Shown here: one piece after another, positions 10,301 through 25,800 of the stretch
Layout of the letters: each line of letters starts with the position of its first letter
Numbering within the stretch: the stretch's first letter is position 1
Notes under the pieces: generated by a model
The model's input: the letters and a program-made list of their open reading frames with translations, nothing else
Told to the model about the DNA's origin: nothing
The model's database searches: none
Position numbers and translations under genes: made by a program
Origin: Auanema rhodensis
Lineage: Eukaryota; Animalia; Nematoda
NCBI GenBank assembly: GCA_964057225.1
Contig: OZ059897.1
Location: 1,860,001 to 1,924,000 of the forward strand
Reading direction: 5' to 3'
DNA: 64,000 bases

Positions 10301-13300
10301 GGACAATGTTATTCAACGAAAAAATTAATTCTTCAGGGTGAAAATCGAGGATATAAGTGTGAACCTATATCAGTTGATTACTCGGTGCATTTTTAAGCTA
10401 GCGCAAATCTGATAACATAGATCGACGCAGCTTAAAAATCCGCATCGAATGCACTATACTACATTGAGAAACGCTCTATACAAAAATCAGTTATGATCGT
10501 TTGAAAAATAATGCATTAGTGTATGTTGAGTTCCCATGTACACTCAACATTGCTTCCAAAAACATTTTGACAAAAATTTTCCCGAAAAATTTCTAAATAA
10601 TTTCACAAAAAGTAGATGTTTTTAGATTCCTTTTTTCAAGACGAATACGATGGACAATGTTTTTTAACGAAAAAATCATTTCTTCAGGGTGAAAATCGAG
10701 GATATAAGTGTGAACATATATCAGTTGATATCTCGGTGCATTTTTAAGCTAACTCAAATCTGATAACACAGATCGACGCAGCTTAAAAATCCGCATCGAA
10801 TGCACTATACTACATTGAGAAACGCTCTATACAAAAATTAGTTATGATCGTTTGAAAAATAATGCATTAGTGTATGCTGAGTTCCCATGTACACTCAACA
10901 TTGCTTCCAAAAACATTTTGACAAAAATTTTCCCGAAAAATTTCTAAATAATTTCACAAAAAGTAGATGTTTTTAGATTCCTTTTTTCAAGACGAATACG
11001 ATGGACAATGTTTTTCAACAAAAAAATCATTTCTTCAGGGTGAAAATCGAGGATATAAGTGTGAACATATATCAGTTGATATCTCGGTGCATTTTTAAGT
11101 TAACTCAAATCTGATAACACAGATCAACGCAGCTTAAAAATCCGCATTGAATGCACTATACTACATTGAGAAACGCTTTATACAAAAATTAGTTATGATC
11201 GTATGAAAAATAATGCATTAGTGTATGTTGAGTTCCCATGTACACTCAACATTGCTTCCAAAAACATTTTGACAAAAATTTTCCCGAAAAATTTTTAAAT
11301 AATTTCACAAAAAGTAGATGTTTTTAGATTCCTTTTTTCAAGACAAATACGATGGACAATGTTTTTCAACGAAAAAATCATTTCTTCAGGGTGAAAATCG
11401 AGGATATAAGTGTGAACATATATCAGTTGATATCTCGGTGCATTTTTAAGCTAACTCAAATCTTATAACACAGATCGACGCAGCTTAAAAATCCGCATCG
11501 AATGCACTATACTACATTGAGAAACGCTCTATACAAAAATTAGTTATGATCGTTTGAAAAATAATGCATTAGTGTATGCTGAGTTCCCATGTACACTCAA
11601 CATTGCTTCCAAAAACATTTTGACAAAAATTTTCCCGAAAAATTTCTAAATAATTTCACAAAAAGTAGATGTTTTTAGATTCCTTTTTTCAAGACGAATA
11701 CGATGGACAATGTTTTTCAACAAAAAAATCATTTCTTCAGGGTGAAAATCGAGGATATAAGTGTGAACATATATCAGTTGATATCTCGGTGCATTTTTAA
11801 GTTAACTCAAATCTGATAACACAGATCAACGCAGCTTAAAAATCCGCATTGAATGCACTATACTACATTGAGAAACGCTCTATACAAAAATTAGTTATGA
11901 TCGTTTGAAAAATAATGCATTAGTGTATGCTGAGTTCCCATGTACACTCAACATTGCTTCCAAAAACATTTTGACAAAAATTTTCCCGAAAAATTTCTAA
12001 ATAATTTCACAAAAAGTAGATGTTTTTAGATTCCTTTTTTCAAGACGAATACGATGGACAATGTTTTTCAACAAAAAAATCATTTCTTCAGGGTGAAAAT
12101 CGAGGATATAAGTGTGAACATATATCAGTTGATATCTCGGTGCATTTTTAAGTTAACTCAAATCTGATAACACAGATCAACGCAGCTTAAAAATCCGCAT
12201 TGAATGCACTATACTACATTGAGAAACGCTTTATACAAAAATTAGTTATGATCGTATGAAAAATAATGCATTAGTGTATGTTGAGTTCCCATGTACACTC
12301 AACATTGCTTCCAAAAACATTTTGACAAAAATTTTCCCGAAAAATTTTTAAATAATTTCACAAAAAGTAGATGTTTTTAGATTCCTTTTTTCAAGACAAA
12401 TACGATGGACAATGTTTTTCAACGAAAAAATCATTTCTTCAGGGTGAAAATCGAGGATATAAGTGTGAACATATATCAGTTGATATCTCGGTGCATTTTT
12501 AAGCTAACTCAAATCTGATAACACAGATCGACGCAGCTTAAAAATCCGCATCGAATGCACTATACTACATTGAGAAACGCTCTATACAAAAATTAGTTAT
12601 GATCGTTTGAAAAATAATGCATTAGTGTATGCTGAGTTCCCATGTACACTCAACATTGCTTCCAAAAACATTGTGACAAAAATTTTCCCGAAAAATTTCT
12701 AAATAATTTCACAAAAAGTAGGAGTTTTTAGATTTCTTTTTTCAAGGCAAAAACAATGGACAATGTTATTCAACGAAAAAATTAATTCTTCAGGGTGAAA
12801 ATCGAGGATATAAGTGTGAACCTATATCAGTTGATTACTCGGTGCATATTTAAGCTAGCGCAAATCTGATAACACAGATCAACGCAGCTTAAAAATCCGC
12901 ATCGAATGCACTATACTACATTGAGAAACGCTCCATACAAAAATTAGTTATGATCGTTTGAAAAATAATGCATTAGTGTATGTTGAGTTCCCATGTACAC
13001 TCAACATTGCTTCCAAAAACATTTTGACAAAAATTTTCCCGAAAAATTTCTAAATAATTTCACAAAAAGTAGATGTTTTTAGATTCCTTTTTTCAAGGCA
13101 AAGACGATGGACAATGTTATTCAACGAAAAAATTAATTCTTCAGGGTGAAAATCGAGGATATAAGTGTGAACCTATATCAGTTGATTACTCGGTGCATTT
13201 TTAAGCTAGCGCAAATCTGATAACACAGATCAACGCAGCTTAAAAATCCGCATCGAATGCACTATACTACATTGAGAAACGCTCCATACAAAAATTAGTT

Positions 13301-16300
13301 ATGATCGTTTGAAAAATAATGCATTAGTGTATGATGAGTTCCCATGTACACTCAACATTGCTTCCAAAAACATTTTGACAAAAATTTTCCCGAAAAATTT
13401 CTAAATAATTTCACAAAAAGTAGATGTTTTTAGATTCCTTTTTTCAAGACGAATACGATGGACAATGTTTTTCGACGAAAAAATCATTTCTTCAGGGTGA
13501 AAATCGAGGATATAAGTGTGAACATATATCAGTTGATATCTCGGTGCATTTTTAAGCTAACTCAAATCGGATAACACAGATCGACGCAGCTTACAAATCC
13601 GCATCGAATGCACTATACTAAATTGAGAAACGCTCTATACAAAAATTAGTTATGATCGTTTGAAAAATAATGCATTAGTGTATGTTGAGTTCCCATGTAC
13701 ACTCAACATTGCTTCCAAAAACATTTTGACAAAAATTTTCCCGAAAAATTTCTAAATAATTTCACAAAAAGTAGATGTTTTTAGATTCCTTTTTTCAAGA
13801 CGAATACGATGGACAATGTTTTTCAACGAAAAAATCATTTCTCCAGGGTGAAAATCGAGGATATAAGTGTGAACATATATCAGTTGATATCTCGGTGCAT
13901 TTTTAAGCTAACTCAAATCTGATAACACAGATCGACGCAGCTTAAAAATCCGCATCGAATGCACTATACTACATTGAGAAACGCTCTATACAAAAATTAG
14001 TTATGATCGTTTGAAAAATAATGCATTAGTGTATGTTGAGTTCCCATGTACACTCAACATTGCTTCCAAAAACATTGTGACAAAAATTTTCCCGAAAAAT
14101 TTCTAAATAATTTCACAAAAAGTAGGAGTTTTTAGATTTCTTTTTTCAAGGCAAATACGATGGACAATGTTATTCAACGAAAAAATTAATTCTTCAGGGT
14201 GAAAATCGAGGATATAAGTGTGAACCTATATCAGTTGATTACTCGGTGCATTTTTAAGCTAGCGCAAATCTGATAACACAGATCGACGCAGCTTAAAAAT
14301 CCGCATCGAATGCACTATACTACATTGAGAAACGCTCTATACAAAAATTAGTTATGATCGTTTGAAAAATAATGCATTAGTGTATGTTGAGTTCCCATGT
14401 ACACTCAACATTGCTTCCAAAAACATTTTGACAAAAATTTTCCCGAAAAATTTCTAAATAATTTCACAAAAAGTAGATGTTTTTAGATTCCTTTTTTCAA
14501 GGCAAAGACGATGGACAATGTTATTCAACGAAAAAATCATTTCTTCAGGGTGAAAATCGAGGATATAAGTGTGAACATATATCAGTTGATATCTCGGTGC
14601 ATTTTTAAGCTAACTCAAATCTGATAACACAGATCGACGCAGCTTAAAAATCCGCATCGAATGCACTATACTACATTGAGAAACGCTTTATACAAAAATT
14701 AGTTATGATCGTATGAAAAATAATGCATTAGTGTATGTTGAGTTCCCATGTACACTCAACATTGCTTCCAAAAACATTTTGACAAAAATTTTCCCGAAAA
14801 ATTTCTAAATAATTTCACAAAAAGTAGATGTTTTTAGATTCCTTTTTTCAAGACGAATACGATGGACAATGTTTTTCAACAAAAAAATCATTTCTTCAGG
14901 GTGAAAATCGAGGATATAAGTGTGAACATATATCAGTTGATATCTCGGTGCATTTTTAAGTTAACTCAAATCTGATAACACAGATCAACGCAGCTTAAAA
15001 ATCCGCCTCGAATGCACTATACTACATTGAGAAACGCTTTATACAAAAATTAGTTATGATCGTATGAAAAATAATGCATTAGTGTATGTTGAGTTCCCAT
15101 GTACACTCAACATTGCTTCCAAAAACATTTTGACAAAAATTTTCCCGAAAAATTTCTGAATAATTTCACAAAAAGTAGATGTTTTTAGATTCTTTTTTTC
15201 AAGACGAATACGATGGACAATGTTTTTCAACGAAAAAATCATTTCTTCAGGGTGAAAATCGAGGATATAAGTGTGAACATATATCAGTTGATATCTCGGT
15301 GCATTTTTAAGCTAACCCAAATCTGATAACACAGATCGACGCAGCTTAAAAATCCGCATCGAATGCACTATACTACATTGAGAAACGCTCTATACAAAAA
15401 TTAGTTATGATCGTTTGAAAAATAATGCATTAGTGTATGCTGAGTTCCCATGTACACTCAACATTGCTTCCAAAAACATTGTGACAAAAATTTTCCCGAA
15501 AAATTTCTAAATAATTTCACAAAAAGTAGATGTTTTTAGATTCCTTTTTTCAAGGCAAAGACGATGGACAATGTTATTCAACGAAAAAATTAATTCTTCA
15601 GGGTGAAAATCGAGGATATAAGTGTGAACCTATATCAGTTGATATCTCGGTGCATTTTCAAGCTAGCGCAAATCTGATAACACAGATCGACGCAGCTTAA
15701 AAATCCGCATCGAATGCACTATACTACATTGATAAACGCTTAATACAAAAATTAGTTATGATCGTTTGAAAAATAATGCATTAGTGTATGTTGAGTTCCC
15801 ATGTACACTCAACATTGCTTCCAAAAACATTTTGACAAAAATTTTCCCGAAAAATTTCTAAATAATTTCACAAAAAGTAGATGTTTTTAGATTCCTTTTT
15901 TCAAGACGAATACGATGGACAATGTTTTTCAACGAAAAAATCATTTCTTCAGGGTGAAAATCGAGGATATAAGTGTGAACATATATCAGTTGATATCTCG
16001 GTGCATTTTTAAGCTAACTCAAATCTGATAACACAGATCGACGCAGCTTACAAATCCGCATCGAATGCACTATACTACATTGAGAAACGCTCTATACAAA
16101 AATTAGTTATGATCGTTTGAAAAATAATGCATTAGTGTATGCTGAGTTCCCATGTACACTCAACATTGCTTCCAAAAACATTTTGACAAAAATTTTCCCG
16201 AAAAATTTCTAAATAATTTCACAAAAAGTAGATGTTTTTAGATTCCTTTTTTCAAGACGAATACGATGGACAATGTTTTTCAACAAAAAAATCATTTCTT

Positions 16301-16498
16301 CAGTGTGAAAATCGAGGATATAAGTGTGAACATATATCAGTTGATATCTCGGTGCATTTTTAAGCTAACTCAAATCTGATAACACAGATCGACGCAGCTT
16401 AAAAATCCGCATCGAATGCACTATACTACATTGAGAAACGCTCTATACAAAAATTAGTTATGATCGTTTGAAAAATAATGCATTAGTGTATGCTGAGT

Positions 16499-19400
16499 TC
16501 CCATGTACACTCAACATTGCTTCCAAAAACATTTTGACAAAAATTTTCCCGAAAAATTTCTAAATAATTTCACAAAAAGTAGATGTTTTTAGATTCCTTT
16601 TTTCAAGACGAATACGATGGACAATGTTTTTCAACAAAAAAATCATTTCTTCAGGGTGAAAATCGAGGATATAAGTGTGAACATATATCAGTTGATATCT
16701 CGGTGCATTTTTAAGCTAACTCAAATCTGATAACACAGATCGACGCAGCTTAAAAATTCGCATCGAATGCACTATACTACATTGAGAAACGCTCTATACA
16801 AAAATTAGTTATGATCGTTTGAAAAATAATGCATTAGTGTATGCTGAGTTCCCATGTACACTCAACATTGCTTCCAAAAACATTTTGACAAAAATTTTCC
16901 CGAAAAATTTCTAAATAATTTCACAAAAAGTAGATGTTTTTAGATTCCTTTTTTCAAGACGAATACGATGGACAATGTTTTTCAACAAAAAAATCATTTC
17001 TTCAGGGTGAAAATCGAGGATATAAATGTGAACATATATCAGTTGATATCTCGGTGCATTTTTAAGTTAACTCAAATCTGATAACACAGATCAACGCAGC
17101 TTAAAAATCCGCCTCGAATGCACTATACTACATTGAGAAACGCTTTATACAAAAATTAGTTATGATCGTATGAAAAATAATGCATTAGTGTATGTTGAGT
17201 TCCCATGTACACTCAACATTGCTTCCAAAAACATTTTGACAAAAATTTTCCCGAAAAATTTCTGAATAATTTCACAAAAAGTAGATGTTTTTAGATTCTT
17301 TTTTTCAAGACGAATACGATGGACAATGTTTTTCAACGAAAAAATCATTTCTTCAGGGTGAAAATCGAGGATATAAGTGTGAACATATATCAGTTGATAT
17401 CTCGGTGCATTTTTAAGCTAACTCAAATCTGATAACACAGATCGACGCAGCTTAAAAATCCGCATCGAATGCACTATACTACATTGAGAAACGCTTAATA
17501 CAAAAATTAGTTATGATCGTTTGAAAAATAATGCATTAGTGTATGCTGAGTTCCCATGTACACTCAACATTGCTTCCAAAAACATTTTGACAAAAATTTT
17601 CCCGAAAAATTTCTAAATAATTTCACAAAAAGTAGAAGTTTTTAGATTCCTTTTTTCAAGACGAATACGATGGACAATGTTATTCAACGAAAAAATTAAT
17701 TCTTCAGGGTGAAAATCGAGGATATAAGTGTGAACCTATATCAGTTGATATCTCGGTGCATTTTCAAGCTAGCGCAAATCTGATAACACAGATCGACGCA
17801 GCTTAAAAATCCGCATCGAATGCACTATACTACATTGAGAAACGCTCTATACAAAAATTAGTTATGATCGTTTGAAAAATAATGCATTAGTGTATGCTGA
17901 GTTCCCATGTACACTCAACATTGCTTCCAAAAACATTTTGACAAAAATTTTCCCGAAAAATTTCTAAATAATTTCACAAAAAGTAGAAGTTTTTAGATTC
18001 CTTTTTTCAAGACGAATACGATGGACAATGTTTTTCAACGAAAAAATCATTTCTTCAGGGTGAAAATCGAGGATATAAGTGTGAACATATATCAGTTGAT
18101 ATCTCGGTGCATTTTCAAGCTAACTCAAATCTGATAACACAGATCGACGCAGCTTACAAATCCGCATCGAATGCACTATACTACATTGAGAAACGCTCTA
18201 TACAAAAATTAGTTATGATCGTTTGAAAAATAATGCATTAGTGTATGCTGAGTTCCCATGTACACTCAACATTGCTTCCAAAAACATTGTGACAAAAATT
18301 TTCCCGAAAAATTTCTAAATAATTTCACAAAAAGTAGGAGTTTTTAGATTTCTTTTTTCAAGGCAAAGACGATGGACAATGTTATTCAACGAAAAAATTA
18401 ATTCTTCAGGGTGAAAATCGAGGATATAAGTGTGAACCTATATCAGTTGATTACTCGGTGCATTTTTAAGCTAGCGCAAATCTGATAACACAGATCGACG
18501 CAGCTTAAAAATCCGCATCGAATGCACTATACTACATTGAGAAACGCTCTATACAAAAATTAGTTATGATCGTTTGAAAAATAATGCATTAGTGTATGTT
18601 GAGTTCCCATGTACACTCAACATTGCTTCCAAAAACATTTTGACAAAAAGTTTCCCGAAAAATTTCTAAATAATTTCACAAAAAGTAGATGTTTTTAGAT
18701 TCCTTTTTTCAAGACGAATACGATGGACAATGTTTTTTAACGAAAAAATCATTTCTTCAGGGTGAAAATCGAGGATATAAGTGTGAACATATATCAGTTG
18801 ATATCTCGGTGCATTTTTAAGCTAACTCAAATCTGATAACACAGATCGACGCAGCTTAAAAATCCGCATCGAATGCACTATACTACATTGAGAAACGCTC
18901 TATACAAAAATTAGTTATGATCGTTTGAAAAATAATGCATTAGTGTATGCTGAGTTCCCATGTACACTCAACATTGCTTCCAAAAACATTTTGACAAAAA
19001 TTTTCCCGAAAAATTTCTAAATAATTTCACAAAAAGTAGATGTTTTTAGATTCCTTTTTTCAAGACGAATACGATGGACAATGTTTTTCAACAAAAAAAT
19101 CATTTCTTCAGGGTGAAAATCGAGGATATAAGTGTGAACATATATCAGTTGATATCTCGGTGCATTTTTAAGTTAACTCAAATCTGATAACACAGATCAA
19201 CGCAGCTTAAAAATCCGCCTCGAATGCACTATACTACATTGAGAAACGCTTTATACAAAAATTAGTTATGATCGTATGAAAAATAATGCATTAGTGTATG
19301 TTGAGTTCCCATGTACACTCAACATTGCTTCCAAAAACATTTTGACAAAAATTTTCCCGAAAAATTTCTGAATAATTTCACAAAAAGTAGATGTTTTTAG

Positions 19401-22400
19401 ATTCTTTTTTTCAAGACGAATACGATGGACAATGTTTTTCAACGAAAAAATCATTTCTTCAGGGTGAAAATCGAGGATATAAGTGTGAACATATATCAGT
19501 TGATATCTCGGTGCATTTTTAAGCTAACTCAAATCTGATAACACAGATCGACGCAGCTTAAAAATCCGCATCGAATGCACTATACTACATTGAGAAACGC
19601 TCTATACAAAAATTAGTTATGATCGTTTGAAAAATAATGCATTAGTGTATGCTGAGTTCCCATGTACACTCAACATTGCTTCCAAAAACATTTTGACAAA
19701 AATTTTCCCGAAAAATTTCTAAATAATTTCACAAAAAGTAGATGTTTTTAGATTCCTTTTTTCAAGACGAATACGATGGACAATGTTTTTCAACAAAAAA
19801 ATCATTTCTTCAGGGTGAAAATCGAGGATATAAGTGTGAACATATATCAGTTGATATCTCGGTGCATTTTTAAGCTAACTCAAATCTGATAACACAGATC
19901 GACGCAGCTTAAAAATTCGCATCGAATGCACTATACTACATTGAGAAACGCTCTATACAAAAATTAGTTATGATCGTTTGAAAAATAATGCATTAGTGTA
20001 TGCTGAGTTCCCATGTACACTCAACATTGCTTCCAAAAACATTTTGACAAAAATTTTCCCGAAAAATTTCTAAATAATTTCACAAAAAGTAGATGTTTTT
20101 AGATTCCTTTTTTCAAGACGAATACGATGGACAATGTTTTTCAACAAAAAAATCATTTCTTCAGGGTGAAAATCGAGGATATAAGTGTGAACATATATCA
20201 GTTGATATCTCGGTGCATTTTTAAGTTAACTCAAATCTGATAACACAGATCAACGCAGCTTAAAAATCCGCCTCGAATGCACTATACTACATTGAGAAAC
20301 GCTTTATACAAAAATTAGTTATGATCGTATGAAAAATAATGCATTAGTGTATGTTGAGTTCCCATGTACACTCAACATTGCTTCCAAAAACATTTTGACA
20401 AAAATTTTCCCGAAAAATTTCTGAATAATTTCACAAAAAGTAGATGTTTTTAGATTCTTTTTTTCAAGACGAATACGATGGACAATGTTTTTCAACGAAA
20501 AAATCATTTCTTCAGGGTGAAAATCGAGGATATAAGTGTGAACATATATCAGTTGATATCTCGGTGCATTTTTAAGCTAACTCAAATCTGATAACACAGA
20601 TCGACGCAGCTTAAAAATCCGCATCGAATGCACTATACTACATTGAGAAACGCTCTATACAAAAATTAGTTATGATCGTTTGAAAAATAATGCATTAGTG
20701 TATGCTGAGTTCCCATGTACACTCAACATTGCTTCCAAAAACATTGTGACAAAAATTTTCCCGAAAAATTTCTAAATAATTTCACAAAAAGTAGATGTTT
20801 TTAGATTCCTTTTTTCAAGGCAAAGACGATGGACAATGTTATTCAACGAAAAAATTAATTCTTCAGGGTGAAAATCGAGGATATAAGTGTGAACCTATAT
20901 CAGTTGATATCTCGGTGCATTTTCAAGCTAGCGCAAATCTGATAACACAGATCGACGCAGCTTAAAAATCCGCATCGAATGCACTATACTACATTGAGAA
21001 ACGCTCTATACAAAAATTAGTTATGATCGTTTGAAAAATAATGCATTAGTGTATGCTGAGTTCCCATGTACACTCAACATTGCTTCCAAAAACATTTTGA
21101 CAAAAATTTTCCCGAAAAATTTCTAAATAATTTCACAAAAAGTAGAAGTTTTTAGATTCCTTTTTTCAAGACGAATACGATGGACAATGTTTTTCAACGA
21201 AAAAATCATTTCTTCAGGGTGAAAATCGAGGATATAAGTGTGAACATATATCAGTTGATATCTCGGTGCATTTTCAAGCTAACTCAAATCTGATAACACA
21301 GATCGACGCAGCTTACAAATCCGCATCGAATGCACTATACTACATTGAGAAACGCTCTATACAAAAATTAGTTATGATCGTTTGAAAAATAATGCATTAG
21401 TGTATGCTGAGTTCCCATGTACACTCAACATTGCTTCCAAAAACATTGTGACAAAAATTTTCCCGAAAAATTTCTAAATAATTTCACAAAAAGTAGGAGT
21501 TTTTAGATTTCTTTTTTCAAGGCAAAGACGATGGACAATGTTATTCAACGAAAAAATTAATTCTTCAGGGTGAAAATCGAGGATATAAGTGTGAACCTAT
21601 ATCAGTTGATTACTCGGTGCATTTTTAAGCTAGCGCAAATCTGATAACACAGATCGACGCAGCTTAAAAATCCGCATCGAATGCACTATACTACATTGAG
21701 AAACGCTCTATACAAAAATTAGTTATGATCGTTTGAAAAATAATGCATTAGTGTATGTTGAGTTCCCATGTACACTCAACATTGCTTCCAAAAACATTTT
21801 GACAAAAAGTTTCCCGAAAAATTTCTAAATAATTTCACAAAAAGTAGATGTTTTTAGATTCCTTTTTTCAAGACGAATACGATGGACAATGTTTTTTAAC
21901 GAAAAAATCATTTCTTCAGGGTGAAAATCGAGGATATAAGTGTGAACATATATCAGTTGATATCTCGGTGCATTTTTAAGCTAACTCAAATCTGATAACA
22001 CAGATCGACGCAGCTTAAAAATCCGCATCGAATGCACTATACTACATTGAGAAACGCTCTATACAAAAATTAGTTATGATCGTTTGAAAAATAATGCATT
22101 AGTGTATGCTGAGTTCCCATGTACACTCAACATTGCTTCCAAAAACATTTTGACAAAAATTTTCCCGAAAAATTTCTAAATAATTTCACAAAAAGTAGAT
22201 GTTTTTAGATTCCTTTTTTCAAGACGAATACGATGGACAATGTTTTTCAACAAAAAAATCATTTCTTCAGGGTGAAAATCGAGGATATAAGTGTGAACAT
22301 ATATCAGTTGATATCTCGGTGCATTTTTAAGTTAACTCAAATCTGATAACACAGATCAACGCAGCTTAAAAATCCGCCTCGAATGCACTATACTACATTG

Positions 22401-22816
22401 AGAAACGCTTTATACAAAAATTAGTTATGATCGTATGAAAAATAATGCATTAGTGTATGTTGAGTTCCCATGTACACTCAACATTGCTTCCAAAAACATT
22501 TTGACAAAAATTTTCCCGAAAAATTTCTGAATAATTTCACAAAAAGTAGATGTTTTTAGATTCTTTTTTTCAAGACGAATACGATGGACAATGTTTTTCA
22601 ACGAAAAAATCATTTCTTCAGGGTGAAAATCGAGGATATAAGTGTGAACATATATCAGTTGATATCTCGGTGCATTTTTAAGCTAACTCAAATCTGATAA
22701 CACAGATCGACGCAGCTTAAAAATCCGCATCGAATGCACTATACTACATTGAGAAACGCTCTATACAAAAATTAGTTATGATCGTTTGAAAAATAATGCA
22801 TTAGTGTATGCTGAGT
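16499..22816. repeat. Tandem duplication of 9 monomers (3159 bp)
   Basis: Rare SNP AAAATTCGC occurs at 16758 and 19917, and AAAAGTTTCCC at 18650 and 21809. ORF pairs 17160/20319 and 19266/22425 match. All are offset by 3159. Confidence 0.85.
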
Positions 22817-25800
22817 TCCCATGTACACTCAACATTGCTTCCAAAAACATTGTGACAAAAATTTTCCCGAAAAATTTCTAAATAATTTCACAAAAAGTAG
22901 ATGTTTTTAGATTCCTTTTTTCAAGGCAAAGACGATGGACAATGTTATTCAACGAAAAAATTAATTCTTCAGGGTGAAAATCGAGGATATAAGTGTGAAC
23001 CTATATCAGTTGATATCTCGGTGCATTTTCAAGCTAGCGCAAATCTGATAACACAGATCGACGCAGCTTAAAAATCCGCATCGAATGCACTATACTACAT
23101 TGAGAAACGCTCTATACAAAAATTAGTTATGATCGTTTGAAAAATAATGCATTAGTGTATGCTGAGTTCCCATGTACACTCAACATTGCTTCCAAAAACA
23201 TTTTGACAAAAATTTTCCCGAAAAATTTCTAAATAATTTCACAAAAAGTAGAAGTTTTTAGATTCCTTTTTTCAAGACGAATACGATGGACAATGTTTTT
23301 CAACGAAAAAATCATTTCTTCAGGGTGAAAATCGAGGATATAAGTGTGAACATATATCAGTTGATATCTCGGTGCATTTTCAAGCTAACTCAAATCTGAT
23401 AACACAGATCGACGCAGCTTACAAATCCGCATCGAATGCACTATACTACATTGAGAAACGCTCTATACAAAAATTAGTTATGATCGTTTGAAAAATAATG
23501 CATTAGTGTATGCTGAGTTCCCATGTACACTCAACATTGCTTCTAAAAACATTGTGACAAAAATTTTCCCGAAAAATTTCTAAATAATTTCACAAAAAGT
23601 AGGAGTTTTTAGATTTCTTTTTTCAAGGCAAAGACGATGGACAATGTTATTCAACGAAAAAATTAATTCTTCAGGGTGAAAATCGAGGATATAAGTGTGA
23701 ACCTATATCAGTTGATTACTCGGTGCATTTTTAAGCTAGCGCAAATCTGATAACACAGATCGACGCAGCTTAAAAATCCGCATCGAATGCACTATACTAC
23801 ATTGAGAAACGCTCTATACAAAAATTAGTTATGATCGTTTGAAAAATAATGCATTAGTGTATGCTGAGTTCCCATGTACACTCAACATTGCTTCCAAAAA
23901 CATTTTGACAAAAATTTTCCCGAAAAATTTCTAAATAATTTCACAAAAAGTAGATGTTTTTAGATTCCTTTTTTCAAGACGAATACGATGGACAATGTTT
24001 TTCAACAAAAAAATCATTTCTTCAGGGTGAAAATCGAGGATATAAGTGTGAACATATATCAGTTGATATCTCGGTGCATTTTTAAGCTAACTCAAATCTG
24101 ATAACACAGATCGACGCAGCTTAAAAATCCGCCTCGAATGCACTATACTACATTGAGAAACGCTTTATACAAAAATTAGTTATGATCGTATGAAAAATAA
24201 TGCATTAGTGTATGTTGAGTTCCCATGTACACTCAACATTGCTTCCAAAAACATTTTGACAAAAATTTTCCCGAAAAATTTCTGAATAATTTCACAAAAA
24301 GTAGATGTTTTTAGATTCTTTTTTTCAAGACGAATACGATGGACAATGTTTTTCAACGAAAAAATCATTTCTTCAGGGTGAAAATCGAGGATATAAGTGT
24401 GAACATATATCAGTTGATATCTCGGTGCATTTTTAAGCTAACTCAAATCTGATAACACAGATCGACGCAGCTTAAAAATCCGCATCGAATGCACTATACT
24501 ACATTGAGAAACGCTCTATACAAAAATTAGTTATGATCGTTTGAAAAATAATGCATTAGTGTATGCTGAGTTCCCATGTACACTCAACATTGCTTCCAAA
24601 AACATTGTGACAAAAATTTTCCCGAAAAATTTCTAAATAATTTCACAAAAAGTAGAAGTTTTTAGATTCCTCTTTTCAAGACGAATACGATGGACAATGT
24701 TTTTCAACGAAAAAATCATTTCTTCAGGGTGAAAATCGAGGATATAAGTGTGAACATATATCAGTTGATATCTCGGTGCATTTTCAAGCTAACTCAAATC
24801 TGATAACACAGATCGACGCAGCTTACAAATCCGCATCGAATGCACTATACTACATTGAGAAACGCTCTATACAAAAATTAGTTATGATCGTTTGAAAAAT
24901 AATGCATTAGTGTATGCTGAGTTCCCATGTACACTCAACATTGCTTCCAAAAACATTGTGACAAAAATTTTCCCGAAAAATTTCTAAATAATTTCACAAA
25001 AAGTAGGAGTTTTTAGATTTCTTTTTTCAAGGCAAAGACGATGGACAATGTTATTCAACGAAAAAATAAATTCTTCAGGGTGAAAATCGAGGATATAAGT
25101 GTGAACCTATATCAGTTGATTACTCGGTGCATTTTTAAGCTAGCGCAAATCTGATAACACAGATCGACGCAGCTTAAAAATCCGCATCGAATGCACTATA
25201 CTACATTGAGAAACGCTCTATACAAAACATAGTTATGATCGTTTGAAAAATAATGCATTAGTGTATGTTGAGTTCCCATGTACACTCAACATTGCTTCCA
25301 AAAACATTTTGACAAAAATTTTCCCGAAAAATTTCTAAATAATTTCACAAAAAGTAGAAGTTTTTAGATTCCTTTTTTCAAGACGAATACGATGGACAAT
25401 GTTTTTCAACGAAAAAATCATTTCTTCAGGGTGAAAATCGAGGATATAAGTGTGAACATATATCAGTTGATATCTCGGTGCATTTTCAAGCTAACTCAAA
25501 TCTGATAACACAGATCGACGCAGCTTACAAATCCGCATCGAATGCACTATACTACATTGAGAAACGCTCTATACAAAAATTAGTTATGATCGTTTGAAAA
25601 ATAATGCATTAGTGTATGCTGAGTTCCCATGTACACTCAACATTGCTTCCAAAAACATTGTGACAAAAATTTTCCCGAAAAATTTCTAAATAATTTCACA
25701 AAAAGTAGGAGTTTTTAGATTTCTTTTTTCAAGGCAAAGACGATGGACAATGTTATTCAACGAAAAAATTAATTCTTCAGGGTGAAAATCGAGGATATAA

